From contig OZ365112.1 of NCBI GenBank assembly GCA_977030845.1, positions 34,472,001 to 34,536,000 of the forward strand: 64,000 bases of DNA. The letters run 5' to 3'. The translations under genes were made by a program, and so were the position numbers. Below, one piece after another: positions 35,345 through 48,078 of this stretch. This DNA comes from Fimbriosthenelais zetlandica. Taxonomy: Eukaryota. The first letter of the stretch is position 1, and every line of letters begins with the position of its first letter. Below the pieces are notes generated by a model. The model was not told the DNA's origin, ran no database searches, and saw only the letters and a program-made list of their open reading frames with translations.

Positions 35345-36468
35345 TGTAGAATCCCGAAGGATTCTAGGGTATGGAAAATGCCCAAAGTGCCAAATATTTT
35401 CCCGCATCTTGTGCGCCCATCACGTTTCCCCATTATATGATGGAGTCAATGATTCTCATTAGCGGGGAGGGAGCGTTAGGATAGGGGGGTGTATAGGATT
35501 TCAGGATTTTGGCATCTGACACCTCGATAACCGGATATCTGGAGGGACGCATATCCTGGTTAGATTATGCTAATGGGCGTCCCTCTTGGTGTGTGTGTCT
35601 ATAGACGCTGGGAAAGTTTAAATACCAAAAGCAAAATTAATAATTTCTCCCTGGTATTGTCTATATAAATTCAGTTATCATTATCAAATATAATCATCTT
35701 TGTTCCCTTACTTAATATTATAATAAGTTGTTTTTCTAAATACCTTTTGGATTGTTTCAATAGTTCTTTGCAATCGATAAGTTTTAGGATAGCATCATGT
35801 TTGTAATCATGTATGTAGGCCTACTTACTCAATTGTTTGTATTTATGTATCATGTTTTAATTTGGTATCATGTATGTTTGTGTGAATGTTTTATTGTTTT
35901 ACATGTAGATATGCCTGTGCATCGCAGACTACATGTATCAACCACTTTTACTTAAACAGGTTGTTTGTATGTATGGATATTATATTGTATACATGTATGT
36001 AGCATGCCTATGTATTGAAGCTTGTATTTACGTTTGATATTTACTATGGCATATTTGTATCAGTTAATAATGTAATATGTAACACCATGATAATCTAGCA
36101 GTCAGGGATGGACCCGAGAAGGGGGTTCATGCCTGGACAACGGTCAATATCATATGGATAGTTCACGAAGACCGTTGTAGGTGGCGTGGGTGTAGACCCC
36201 GGAAGCCCCTGTGTGTCGGGCTCCCTGATTGGCTAAGCTAGATTTGACCACTAGAGGGTGCAACAATCACCCACGTCTCAATAAAAGGGGGGTGAGAGTT
36301 TGTGCTCGTCCTCTTGTGCTCGGGCTCTTGTGGCCGAGGCACTCTTACCCTCTTGCTCTCCTGAACCAACGTAAACATGACTTGCCTCGTTCCTTCACTT
36401 TAGTATTTTTAAAGTCGTGGGCTTCATGGACCCATAGAAATGGGGGACTAACAGTCCCAGACTTTACA
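35345..36468 (+). mobile_element. Solo LTR (1124 bp) with ATAT target-site duplication
   Basis: Starts TGTAGAATC and ends ACTTTACA; ATAT at 35341-35344 and 36469-36472; AATAAA near 36280; no PBS follows. Confidence 0.88.
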
Positions 36469-36641
36469 ATATGACACAAATCTCACATGTCACATGTGTA
36501 GGCCTTAACCTGTGGACAGATCCAAAGGCTGGAGATCATTGAATTGGTTTTCTGTCAGTGTGAGAGAATACTGGATTTCTGGCTGTCTACCATTTTCTTG
36601 GCCTCTTTGACCATATTCCTATATTGCCCCCTATCATTTTT

Positions 36642-36935
36642 CTATTTCCACATTTTGAAAGCAAGTTTGTACGGGAATTGTCCATAGGGGGGGCATTCCA
36701 TGGAAAGCATGACCAACTGATTAACATGCTCTACCTTTAGTTTATTCCTCGAGTCACTCTTTACAACTACATAACGGCTAACACCGCGTTCACAATTACC
36801 AGACGTGACTGGGATTGTGAGGGCCACTGACAACAGTTTCGCCACATTGGGGAATACATCCAAGTTTTTCTTAATGAAAGAACAGTAGAAGTCTTCCATA
36901 CTCTCATAACCGGTTTTGAGCTTCTCTAGGAGCAC
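36642..36935 (-). pseudogene. hAT transposase C-terminal dimerisation domain fragment (ZNF862-like)
   Basis: FPNVAKLLSVALTIPVTSGNCERGVS...KSDSRNKL...NQLVML...AFKMW. Confidence 0.8.
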
Positions 36936-38426
36936 CCACTCTTGCTTGGCTGCAATTACTAAATATCATAGAAATGTCTACGATCTGTATTATATAGAGA
37001 CATGCATCGATAAAATTGGAAAATTATTTAATTTTTAAAGGTAGGTCAATTGGTAGCTATTGGCTTGAAGCATATAATTAGAATGGTCCCAAGTGAAAAT
37101 AGTCAGTACCATGGACTAAATTATTCATCTAATTGTCTACAATATAATGGGCCCACCACGGTAGTGTAATGGTTTTTCTTTTGAAGTTTCTTTCTGGCAG
37201 AACATGCAATAATCCCAGTAATTGGTTGTGTGGAACTTCTTAAAACTGGTTCGGTTTGGGAGGTACCAGGTCGGGGACTAGTGTGTGGATCGCATGAGCC
37301 TAATGGCACATTTTGTATGCTGCTTTTCTGAATTTTTGAATTTTACTTTATCTGTAAACCAAGGGGAGGTCGATAGAGGAGAAGCCTATCTTCCAAGAAA
37401 ACAATAAGTTAACCCTGGGTAATTGAAAATTGTCAGAAAAATGTACCTGCAATACTTTAATAGTTTTAGAATGAAAGTTATACCATAGATCCAAGATCAA
37501 AGTTAGCATTGCATGGAAGTTGGGATACTCCCCTTGATCACAATGCGTCAGTGCCTCCAGCACTGTCTCAAGAATCACACTAGTTAATGTTGCTGCTATG
37601 TTTTCCACAGTAACATCTTAATATTTTCTGCTACTGTAAGTAGGCGCTCGTTTCCAAGCATAAGCCCAAACTCGAACAAAACCTGGAGTAAGCAACACAT
37701 TAACATTAATCTGGCATGATTGGACATCCTTAATTAAAATGTTAAAAGCTATAAGCCGAAATTTTATTGTATGAAATTTAAATAAACAAGAAAATAATAA
37801 AGAAAGCTTGCATTATGAACTGTGAACTGTCTGTTAGACAGGGATATTTCTTCAGAACTGCTGAAATGCTCCCATTTGGAGCTTTCACAAGCATGTGCTC
37901 GTGCCATCTGAAGGTGAAAAAATGCTTCATTAGTTTTCAAGAAACTTTGAAACTTGTATTGAAGGTAGTTACTGATGAGTTTTTCTTTCTTCCTGGCAGA
38001 ACATGCAATAATCCCAGTTAATTGGTTGTGTGGAACTTCTTAAAACCAGTTCGGTTTGGGAGGTACCAGGTTGGGGACATGTGCTGAATGGTACATTTTG
38101 TATGCTGCTTTTTGAATTTTACCTTTATCTGTAAACCAGTATTTGACCATTTTCCATCCAAGGGGAGGTCGATAGAGGAAGAGTAGCATTGCAGTATGTC
38201 CCATTATGCCTGGGGAAAGTAGAAAACAAAGCATTTTTTTTCCTATGCATTTTAGAATTGTCCAAGGTAAATATTGTCTGTCCACTGTGCAAGCAACCGC
38301 TGGTAATAGAAATATATACTAGCCATCATGTTATCATTAATAATCCCATTTCCCTCTTTACTCTTAAATCTTTTGAGCCTCGACTGTCAGAGGATCCGAC
38401 ACAGAAAATAAACTTAAGTATTGAAC

Positions 38427-39345
38427 TTAAGTATTGAACAAGCACCTTCCAGTCAAGTGCGGTACTGTTCCTCCCACTTCGAATACCTTCATCACTGCTG
38501 CCCATGTACAGGGGCTTTCAAGTACCTCACACATATGTACCTCATTTTTATACTTGGTATATGAATCCGGTATACATGTGCCCATCCCTGATTGCCATCC
38601 TGACTGCATTGTCCAACTTCCTGCCAGTATTGTAGGACGGATGTTGGCGAACCCCAGTGTATGACTACATACGTCATCGACCTGCACTCCAAGCCCAAAT
38701 GACATGGTAGCCCCCAGGATATGTATATTCCCTCCAACCTCGCCATGAATATAGCCTTTGCAGCTGGCATGGCATAAAATCACCATTCATTCATTCATTC
38801 ATTCATTACCTTCTTCTCACTCTCTATATGACACCAGCTGTCTGCATCGACCCCAGAGTGATAAATCTCAAACAGCCTTTGCTCAGGTTCATATAATCCT
38901 TGAAGATAGCTATTTTCATCCAACTCATCAGCCTGCCAGTGGTACACTTCCTTGCACACTCGTATATTGGGCATATAATATATGATTGTCTTTGGTAAGG
39001 ATGTGCTGTGTTTTCACAGACTTGTCAAAAGCCACAGCCGAGTGGATTTGTGATCGTCTTTCACCGTCGTCTGACTGATGTATAGGTTTGGCCTATGGAC
39101 GAAAACAGATAATGGATCCTCATATGGTTTTTTCATTTCTTCTTATGTTTAAGAAATGTTTTGAAGTTATGTGCTTTGGTGAAATGTAAAATCAGTATCT
39201 TCATGTAGCATAATGATTTATACATTTGAAAATGTCTTATCTTGATTTTCATGGTTATAGTTCCAGTCAAAGCCATGACTGGAACAGGGAGAACCGCTAC
39301 AACATTTTGTACTTGCCTGTACGCAGGTCGGAAATCCAAACCCCT
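38427..39345 (-). pseudogene. RecQ-like SF2 helicase remnant (AcademH-type)
   Basis: DFRPAY...VPVMALTGTIT after a cag acceptor; KTIIY segment; ILGATMSFGLGV and WGSPTSVLQYWQEVGQCSQDG (helicase motif V/VI region); frameshifted. Confidence 0.7.
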
Positions 39346-39758
39346 GAAACATGAGTGTCATAAAAAATGACTAATTTTCATTCTCATAAGTACATTAGGT
39401 CTAACCCCTATGTGAACAACTATAAGTTGGAATATAATTACCATTCAGAAATATAAATAATGGCGATCTCCGCCTACATGGAGGAGTCTAGGCCCCCAGA
39501 CGCCATCGGTGATGTTGGTGGGCCTATACTAGCTGTTCTTTGTTTAAAAAGGCAGCTTTGGCGTTTGTGTCTGTCTTTACACCCATTGCAGTTTATCAGA
39601 AACATGCATCAATTAAAAAAAACCTTGTGACCACCTCCCAGTCTTTTAGCTTTATGTCAACATGGTAGCTATGGCTTGGTTATAGGTAAACTAAAACTAT
39701 GGGAGGTCACATACACACACAAAATTTATAACCATATTAAACTAATATTGGGCGTCTG

Positions 39759-39883
39759 TGGCCACCCTAATTGACACAGTACTGTGTCATTGGCCACCCT
39801 AATTGACACAGTACTGTGTCATTGGCCACCCTAATTGACACAGTACTGTGTCATTGGCCACCCTAATTGACACAGTACTGTGT
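39759..39883. repeat. 32-bp minisatellite, ~4 copies, each with an 18-bp palindrome
   Basis: Unit tggccaccctaattgacacagtactgtgtcat, containing tgacacagtactgtgtca. Confidence 0.95.
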
Positions 39884-40093
39884 AGAATATCGATGTACTG
39901 ACTACTTATTGACACAGTGCTGTGTCAGTAGCCATGGCCTTTATATTATTTATTATTTGTTTTCAGTATCTATACATGTACTACCCATTAAAACGCCAAC
40001 TGATAATAGATTTTTGTTTCTACTTACATGGACATTATTTGGTGTATGTTGTCACAATCCCTCTATAACCGGTCTATGAGGAACAAGTCCTTT

Positions 40094-40641
40094 GAAGTTG
40101 ATTTCAGCAGGTGCCTTTTAGCCGTTAGATCCTATCATCAGGGTAACTGTGCAGTGAAGTTGATTTCAGCAGGTGCCTTTTAGCCGTTAGATCCTATCAT
40201 CAGGGTAACTGTGCAGTGAAGTTGATTTCAGCAGGTGCCTTTTAGCCGTTAGATCCTATCATCAGGGTAACTGTGCAGTGAAGTTGATTTCAGCAGGTGC
40301 CTTTTAGCCGTTAGATCCTATCATCAGGGTAACTGTGCAGTGAAGTTGATTTCAGCAGGTGCCTTTTAGCCGTTAGATCCTATCATCAGGGTAACTGTGC
40401 AGTGAAGTTGATTTCAGCAGGTGCCTTTTAGCCGTTAGATCCTATCATCAGGGTAACTGTGCAGTGAAGTTGATTTCAGCAGGTGCCTTTTCCCTGTTAC
40501 ATCCTATCATCAGGGTAACTGTGCAGTGAAGTTGATTTCAGCAGGTGCCTTTTAGCCGTTAGATCCTATCATCAGGGTAACTGTGCAGTGAAGTTGATTT
40601 CAGCAGGTGCCTTTTCCCTGTTACATCCTATCATCAGGGTA
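40094..40641. repeat. 62-bp minisatellite, ~8.8 copies, two variants
   Basis: Unit gaagttgatttcagcaggtgccttttagccgttagatcctatcatcagggtaactgtgcagt; copies 7 and 9 carry ttttccctgttacatcc. Confidence 0.97.
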
Positions 40642-41419
40642 AATATGCAACCAACTTTACTGTGACCTGTGAATGGTCTGGAATGGTCTGGGAGTCATTG
40701 GTGCGGACTTGGAACCTGATACTTGTAGTATACCAGATTGTTAACAACCAAACTATGTGAAAATCACTAGTATGCATTGGCTGAGACTTCCCATTTTCCT
40801 TTATTCTGAAAGTGACATATTTGTACACCTTTTCCATAACTTTCTCGAACCATTTATTTTTCTCATATTTTCATAGGCCTTGGGAATCATCATTATAGGA
40901 TGCAACCAGGTATCTATAGTCTCAGAGAATACGGTGGTTCTGAATTCTATTTTCCTCTAAAATGTGCTGACCTGCTAAAACGTAGACATGATTGTAATTT
41001 TAGCAGCTGTACCACGACCTAAATTAGGTTTGTCTTACTTGGAGCAAGACACTCAATCAATTTTATTCCTCAGACAGCAAAGTATAAGGCCATGAAAAAT
41101 ACTATGAAGCCAATATGAATGCCAAAAATAAAATGTTAAGTTTCAAACCAACCAATCGGGCTGGTACTGGGAATGATAAACATAAAATTTGGTGTGGCCT
41201 ATTGCCATTTTCTCTTGGGACCAACCTCCCCGCTGACTTTTTGGACATAGCCATTTTTCCAGCCCGAAAAAACGGGCAGCTAAGTGAGAGATTACTGTAT
41301 AGATAAAAACTTACGAATATTATTACAGGCAAAAAAAACAGCCATTATTATTTTTAAGACTCATTAAATACATACACTTTACAAATAATCTAATTTGTTA
41401 TGATATTTAGAAATTAATC

Positions 41420-41860
41420 AACGCGAGTCAAGCTTAATCCCTAAATAGGTTACCACTTGCTTTTGAATAATAGTATTTCCATTAGAGAGTAGGTCTAATT
41501 TCAGTCGCCTTTACATAAATCTGGTGTTCGTAAAAAATGGTGTTTTCTTCTCTATACACCAAGATGAGAATATGTACATATCACATTGGATAGTAATTAC
41601 AAAAAAGTTTTCACATGTACTGGGTCAGACTTAACTCAGATTTAATATTTTCTTGTACATCATTAATAAAAAAAATATACAAAATTATGGGGCCCAACGG
41701 AGAACCTTGTAGTACACTTGAGAGAACTGGTATTCTATTTGACAAAAGACCCATTGAATCTTACAACTTGGCCTCTATATTATTGAGCAAATAGTCTATT
41801 ACTTTAACAAAAATCTGGTTCCAATCCATAATTGACAGGTTAAGAAATTTATTCCGTAAA
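41420..41860 (-). pseudogene. Degraded LINE reverse-transcriptase fragment (CR1/L2-like)
   Basis: SVLQGSPLGPI...INDV (the VPQGSxLGP motif) and a downstream TYLGIKLD. Confidence 0.55.
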
Positions 41861-42999
41861 CCAAACACCAGAGGAAACAGTAATACAGTAATATAAAATT
41901 AATCTTTGATACTGAGATATGGCAATAATTTTCATTTTTTGTAAGTCAGAACACATGGGTGAACACGAGCACACATACTGACGAAATATTTCACCAGACT
42001 TTGCACATCATATATTGTTTTTCTTTTTTTTTTCTTTTTTCTTTTTTTTTTGTGTGTGTTTTTTTTTGTTCTCTCACATATTCATGTCTTTACTAAATAC
42101 TGTAACACTGTACTGGTCACTCTTGGAACACAGACTCGTCTGAAGAGTGTACCCTTTGAATTTAATTTCAATAAAATGTCAACAACAACAACAAATAATA
42201 CTTATAATACTGCTTTATCTTAAAAACTAGTGCTTTAGGGGTTGGTGGGCATTGATCGTAACATTTAGAGTGTGTTGAGGCCAGCTCTGTTATGCCATAG
42301 TTTGTGATCCCATCCCCCCTTGCCAATGTCACACAACCCCGAACTAGACTCGATAAAGGAATCTTATCTAATTCAAGTTTGACATAAATTTCAAAAACTT
42401 TACATGGCAGATTCACCAAAGAAATGTGGTTTTAAAATTGTTCTATAAATGAGAGCAAACTCAGGTCTACGTAGATCTATGAGTGATTTGAGTGATTTGT
42501 TAAAAGATTCCATGCTTATGTTCAGACAATGTTTGCCTGACCAAGAGAGATAGGACGAGATTCTTCCCCATGTTCAGTGAACATCGTGGATGGTGAACTC
42601 TCCTGTGCCACGTGTGAACTTGTGTTTGACTAAGTGAACGATGTCAAGGTTCACGGTGTCAAGGTTCACGAGTGCCATGACTTGTACATCATGGATCACC
42701 GAGCACCAAATGTGAAGCCTGTATCACTGGCTTCACTACAAAGGAAGAAAAGATTAACCATGTTAGAATACATTATCTCTACTGCTGTAAGTTTCTGGCT
42801 CTTTTGCTTGGCATATTTTCTGACATGTCTGCTTGGCTTGTTTGACCTGCTGATGTTGATGTTTGAGTAGAGCTTGTACTGCTCTTTTCAGCAAGCGGCT
42901 TTTTCTCAGTGATGAGTTTAGGTTTTTCACCAGAAGTCCAGGTCATATCTGTCTGGCATTCCATTGTCCTCACCTTCCGTACATTGGAAGAAATGACCT

Positions 43000-43880
43000 C
43001 CAGGTGACTCATGGCTATCTGATTCGGGGAAGGATTCTTTTCTGCTTTTGACATGCAGGCAGTCGAGTATTTGGGCAAAAGAAGTGACATCTTTTTTTGG
43101 AGCATTATGTCTGTAGTTAAAGTCTCCAGCTTATCTATGTTAAGGTCTTTAAAGGTGCCAATGTTGGAAAGCCTGAAGGTAGTGTAAGGCCTTGGCTTCT
43201 TTCTGTGATGCTAAACAGCACTGAATTTCTTCTCTTCTCTGGGAGGGAGTCTGTTCTGCTTTTGGCACGCAAAAGGTTGAGTATTTGGGCAAAAGAAGCC
43301 TCGTCTTTTTGGTACATTATGTCTGTAAGTTTGGTGTGTTGGAAGTTCTCTGTCCATGAATCAGATTGTCCTGGTGCACAGAGAGACTTGCCTTCTTTTA
43401 CAGGTGGCAGTTGATATAAGTGACCTACTGTGAGTATTGATATAACGCCAAACAAACTTCTGCTGCCTTTCATTTGGCCAAGGCGTTTGTCTACATAAGC
43501 CAATAGTTGTGAACCCAGAAGTGTCATCTCGTGTGTAGTAGCATACATGGTGTTTAACACGCTTTCAGATATTCTTATGTAGTTCCCTGCCTTTGGTTGT
43601 ATTATTTTCAGTAGGGAGTGAATAGTACAGCCGTTTATGTTAAAGCCTGTTATTCCCTGTTGTTGCTGTCAGAAAGGCTTTGGTCCTTTGGTTCTGTGAC
43701 ATTCTGTGACATTTTTAATAGCTTTGTAGTGAACACATTTAATAAGCAATGATTTGCCTACACCCCACTTAAAAATAAGTGAAAGGATTCAGGTTTCTGT
43801 CCATTTGCTTTGTCGAATCACCACTGTCAAATGAAATAAGGTATCTGCTGTTGTTTTTATTCATCTGTTTCAATACTGGT
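43000..43880 (-). pseudogene. Helitron/Helentron Pif1 helicase remnant
   Basis: Degenerate Walker A FLSG..GVGKSLLIK; LTATTG..FNINGCTIHSLLK; LLAYVDKRLGQMKG..FGVISILTVGHLYQLPPV; IMYQKD..FAQILNLLR. The last segment is locally duplicated. Confidence 0.8.
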
Positions 43881-44100
43881 TTCACTGTCCTTGGTACAAG
43901 TCATATAAATTAATGGGCAAACAATTCCACACTTGTTAATTTAATTTAATTTATGTAGGCCTACACAATGTTACACATGTATACACATACAATAGATCAA
44001 CAAGTTTATTAGAATTTATAAACACAATATTGTGTATATTCATTCATGTACACAATGTAAATGTTATTGCATACATATAGAAAATGTATGATTGACAATA

Positions 44101-44742
44101 CACACTGTCACGAATTTTACCACGAATCATCACGGATCAGCCTTCCTTGGCCACCCCTGATTAAACGTGGTCAACCGTAGGTGACATCCCTCATCGTCCC
44201 TGGTCATCCCTAGTCATCCCTGGTGGTTCGCCAAAGTCTACGATCTTCTACGAAAGTTTTGAAATGTTCAAAACTTCCGTAGCCACTCCACGATTCATTG
44301 ACGGATGAATCAAACCTTAGTGGAAACTTAGCTCTTCCCTTCTAAACCCTAGACCCTCCCTGCTAAACCGTGGAACATTCGTGGTTATCCCTGGCCTTCC
44401 CTGAAGGTCCCTACGGCCTGGTTGGACCGTCAGAGTTCGTGAGAGTGTTGTGAGAAGTCTTAGGGCTACCGTGATGATACTTGGTTATAACCATGGACAA
44501 CCGTATACATAATGTACATGATCCCTCATTTTCCCGCACAATTCCTTCATGAAAATGTACTAAAACGCTGCAGAACTTGATGAAAACGTAGCAGATTAAC
44601 CAAGCCCTCCTTGATTGATCCGTATTACAATTCGTGAGTGTGTGACTAGGGAGCCACTATACCACGGTTCATCTGTGGTTCATCCTTGGATTATAAACCG
44701 TGGCAATCCGTAGCTTCATTCGGGACAGTGTGACTGGGGCTT
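44101..44742. mobile_element. PIF/Harbinger-like non-autonomous element (~640 bp)
   Basis: cacactgtcacgaat and attcgggacagtgtg inverted termini; right end gtgtgactgggc followed by ttta; internal ccacg/cgtgg repeats. Confidence 0.6.
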
Positions 44743-44935
44743 TAATTATAGGTTGTATCACCCCAAGTGTACCATCCATGATGTCTAATGTAAATCTTAG
44801 AAGTGAGACGATTTTAACATTTTCCTGTCCCTTTTTTGCCAGGGGCATTTCGTGTTGCTGTTTGGTTGCCACATTTTAAGGTGAATTCTTATTACATGTA
44901 CAATGCACATGTTTCTCCTTACACAATACATTTAA

Positions 44936-45810
44936 CCCTTTAATGCCGACCAATGCATATATGCACTCACGCAAACGTACGAGGAGTGCATATATGCACT
45001 CAAACCTGAATTTAGCCAAAGTAGAGCGAGGAATTTGCTTCAATTTGGTGAAAAAATCTTTCGAAAATTCCAATTAGAAGTGAAGATGGAGCCTTTCAAA
45101 GTTAGCCAGATCAAAATTTTAGCTAAAAGGCGGATTTCCCAGGAGCCGGGATTTTGAACCAGAAAAATGAAAGAAACTTGAAAATGAAGTTTTTCATAAA
45201 AATAGGAATGGGAATGTTTTTATTCATTATTTTTGTATTTCCTATCCGATTTTTATCATGTAAACTTTATTCAGAAGCTGGGAATCAGGACTGGGTCAGA
45301 ATTATTTAAATTTAATATTTCGAGTGTTTCTGTTGCCATGGCAACGGCAGAATTGTGGCTTATTTCATTTTTACCCCAAAATCGGTTACCATGGAAACCA
45401 AAATGGCCACTTACAAAATGGTTTTTTTTCTGAAAATAGTAGTTCATTGAATTAAGTGCAAAAAATTCTGTAGGGGGCAATTTTATGTTTTTTAAATTTA
45501 TTCTTTTTATTTTTTTCATTTTTTGCCTTAAATAATTAAATAGAATGGATCTTTTTTAATGCGATTTTCTTAAATTCTCCTATATTCAAATCATTGTAAC
45601 TTTTTCTATAATTGGGCCACTGATATAGTGGTTACATGTTTGGACTCAGAAGAACATGCTGAGAATTCTGATATAAAAAGTACAAAGCAAAGAATAAATT
45701 GAAATATTTATCTGAAGTGTCAAAAAGTGGTCAAATGGCTATTTTGAGGGCTATTTCAGGGTCCTCATATTGTGGGAACAGTAACTAATATAGGGCTCGG
45801 CATTAAAGGG
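44936..45810. mobile_element. piggyBac-type non-autonomous element (875 bp)
   Basis: 14-bp TIRs CCCTTTAATGCCGA and TCGGCATTAAAGGG, flanked by TTAA on both sides (44932-44935, 45811-45814). Confidence 0.92.
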
Positions 45811-46339
45811 TTAAACAAGTTTCAAGATATTTACATAATTTAAATGTATCAAAAGTGGTTCTTTTCATGGAATATTACGGGAAAACAAAAAGTAAAAAAA
45901 CTTGTAAACTGTGAAGTTGCAAATATCAAAGCATTTTGTGATATACTTCTGTTATGTACAAACAAATAACTTTCCGATTCTGAATCACATGATTTATGTA
46001 TCAAATAAGAAGGACAAACTGATTTTCTTCAGAAGATATCCAGATATATACAGGATAACATTATCTAGAGGGACATTTATAGGTCTTGCAATGGACATGA
46101 GCTGTTGGCATTTTACAATTTCTTCCATATGCTTCATTTGTTGTTGTTTTCTGATTGGTGAGTTTCCTCTGACCAAGGCTTTGATGAAGATAAACAAGCT
46201 AATTTAAAAGCACACTGTCACAGTCAACTTGACTATTATATCCACAACTTTGCACTAACAACTCGACTATGACAACATGAATTGCGGCCCTGATTTGTTA
46301 GGGAGTAGGATTATCTCTATGACCTCCCCTTCCTCTGAG

Positions 46340-46460
46340 TAGGGAATAAATATTTTCAGTTGGGAATACATAGTATAGCTGTTTATGTTAAAGCCTGCTA
46401 TTTCTGTTGCTGTTGTTTCTTATTCATCTGTTTCAATAGTGGCTTCACTGTCCTTGATAA
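46340..46460 (-). pseudogene. Second Pif1/Helitron fragment
   Basis: Similar to 43590-43680 and 43850-43895 (gtttatgttaaagcctg; ttattcatctgtttcaata; ttcactgtccttg). Confidence 0.55.
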
Positions 46461-46898
46461 AATTTTTGTTGATTTTGTTTTGTTGATTATGCACTGGAAG
46501 CACACACCGACTCCCTTGTATCAATCAACTGTCAACTGGCATGAGGCAAGAATCTAACCCAGGCTGTCCTGTACATTATCTTCCTGTTCCATTTCCTCAT
46601 TATCCGCGTGTGCTTCGCTGTTTAAAGATCTTTATACCATACCAAATATTTACATCTAGCACAAAAGGGAGAAATAGGTTTTATATATGTTGATTCTGCC
46701 CAGTGAAGATTCATATAGTGCATGAAAAATATATTATTTATGTACATAATTAACAATCATATTACTACATACCTTATCACTGCAACCACTTCTCCATAGT
46801 TGTAAGGAGCACAAAGACTGTACCATTTTGAATGATGTGGGCTTTTGTGTGAATAAGGCCACTGCCAGTAACAAACCGAGTAACAAACAATATACATG

Positions 46899-47504
46899 TG
46901 TAATGCCCCTAGGTATGTTCTATTGACCACCTCTAGGGTATTAACATTGCAAGGTAAAGCCCCTTGGTGTGGTGTCTCGACCACCCCCAAGGTATTTTAT
47001 AGCTAGGTGTATATATGTAACCACTGTACATAATATCCAATGTTAGAGTTCATACTTTACTCACTTGGTTAGTATGAGTATTGGTGTCTCGCCACTTGAG
47101 GGCGCCAATACTCAGCTGTACAACTTATATGTATTATATTATCTAAAGTAAGGATTTACATCCTTTTTACTTAATTCACACCTTTCATGTTACGGTACAT
47201 TTTTATCCAATGTAATATAAACTGTATACTGTCATGTAGATGCTGGTCATCTTATTATCTTGTCAGTATCAAATATGTAATGCTATTGTACCACCATGTA
47301 TATTAATGTAGGCATGGCCATGACACCCATGACCATGCCAGGTGTGTTTGTAAATCTACTGTACATCTACTGCAAGATTGCCCTCGGCAATAAAGTTGAA
47401 GACGTGAGGAAAAACTTTGTTCTGTTATACATATCCTTCGCTTTGTTACCGAGTACTGGTTCACACAAAGATGGCATAAGCTCCCGAACGCCTAGACCAT
47501 TACA
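46899..47504 (+). repeat. 5' LTR (606 bp)
   Basis: Direct repeat of 53651-54256; followed by AT and the PBS. Confidence 0.96.
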
Positions 47505-47506
47505 AT

Positions 47507-47524
47507 TGGTGCCGTGACCAGGAT
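47507..47524 (+). promoter_or_regulatory. PBS complementary to tRNA-His
   Basis: TGGTGCCGTGACCAGGAT versus the canonical His PBS TGGTGCCGTGACTCGGAT. Confidence 0.85.
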
Positions 47525-48078
47525 ATCCTTGTGAAACAACCCTGAGTTGTAGTAGGAAGGATAGCTGGTAGAGAGTCTGTGCTGTTGTTAAACATAAAAC
47601 AAAATTCTGGAGCTTTGATCTTCAGAACCTTGACTGATGCTGGTTTGAGATCGCTCATTAATGAGGCCCAGGCCTTGGATATGGATGATTAGATCACTCC
47701 TTCAGTGCCTGGTATTGGTACTTGCCCCAAAAGTATGTGCTCAACAGCTCTTGAGACATTGGTGCATAACCAGTTAGAACAGATATGAATGTATTTCAAA
47801 CCCTGCCCCAAAAATGGGGCTAGTGATATACAAAGACAAAATGTCTGGAGAATGGGATAATTGTGACAAACTTCTTGGTTGGAGTCACAATTTATCACCA
47901 AGTTTGAAAAACTTTGGAATGGTTTCTCCATTGAATAGTGTTGGTTGGAGCATTTTTTAGCTATAGTGAACATAGGTGTTGGACCGAGTCTGTCCTGATG
48001 CCAGCTATAGCAATGTTTAGGCCTATATACACATGCATGACAAGTGAAAGCAAATATAGTGACTGTGTAAATGGTCCC

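Larger units (their letters stand above)
33000..38400 (-). mobile_element. Degraded, internally duplicated transposon-like fragments, family uncertain; interrupted by a solo LTR and a hAT fragment
   Basis: Direct copies: 34812-34902 = 37361-37452 (start again at 38160); 37190-37355 = 37995-38140; ccacagggaagctagagagtgt at 33362 and 33731. Protein-like ORF remnants at 33451-33702 and 34000-34700. Confidence 0.4.

Noticed and set aside
38895-38935. Minus-strand CTGATGAGTTGGATGAAA, hammerhead-like
   Set aside because: Stem II is only two weak pairs, there is no valid stem III with a UH site, and it lies within the helicase remnant.
39759-40641. CRISPR-like appearance of the palindromic 32-bp and 62-bp repeats
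   Set aside because: The units are head-to-tail with no unique spacers, there are no cas genes, and the context is eukaryotic.
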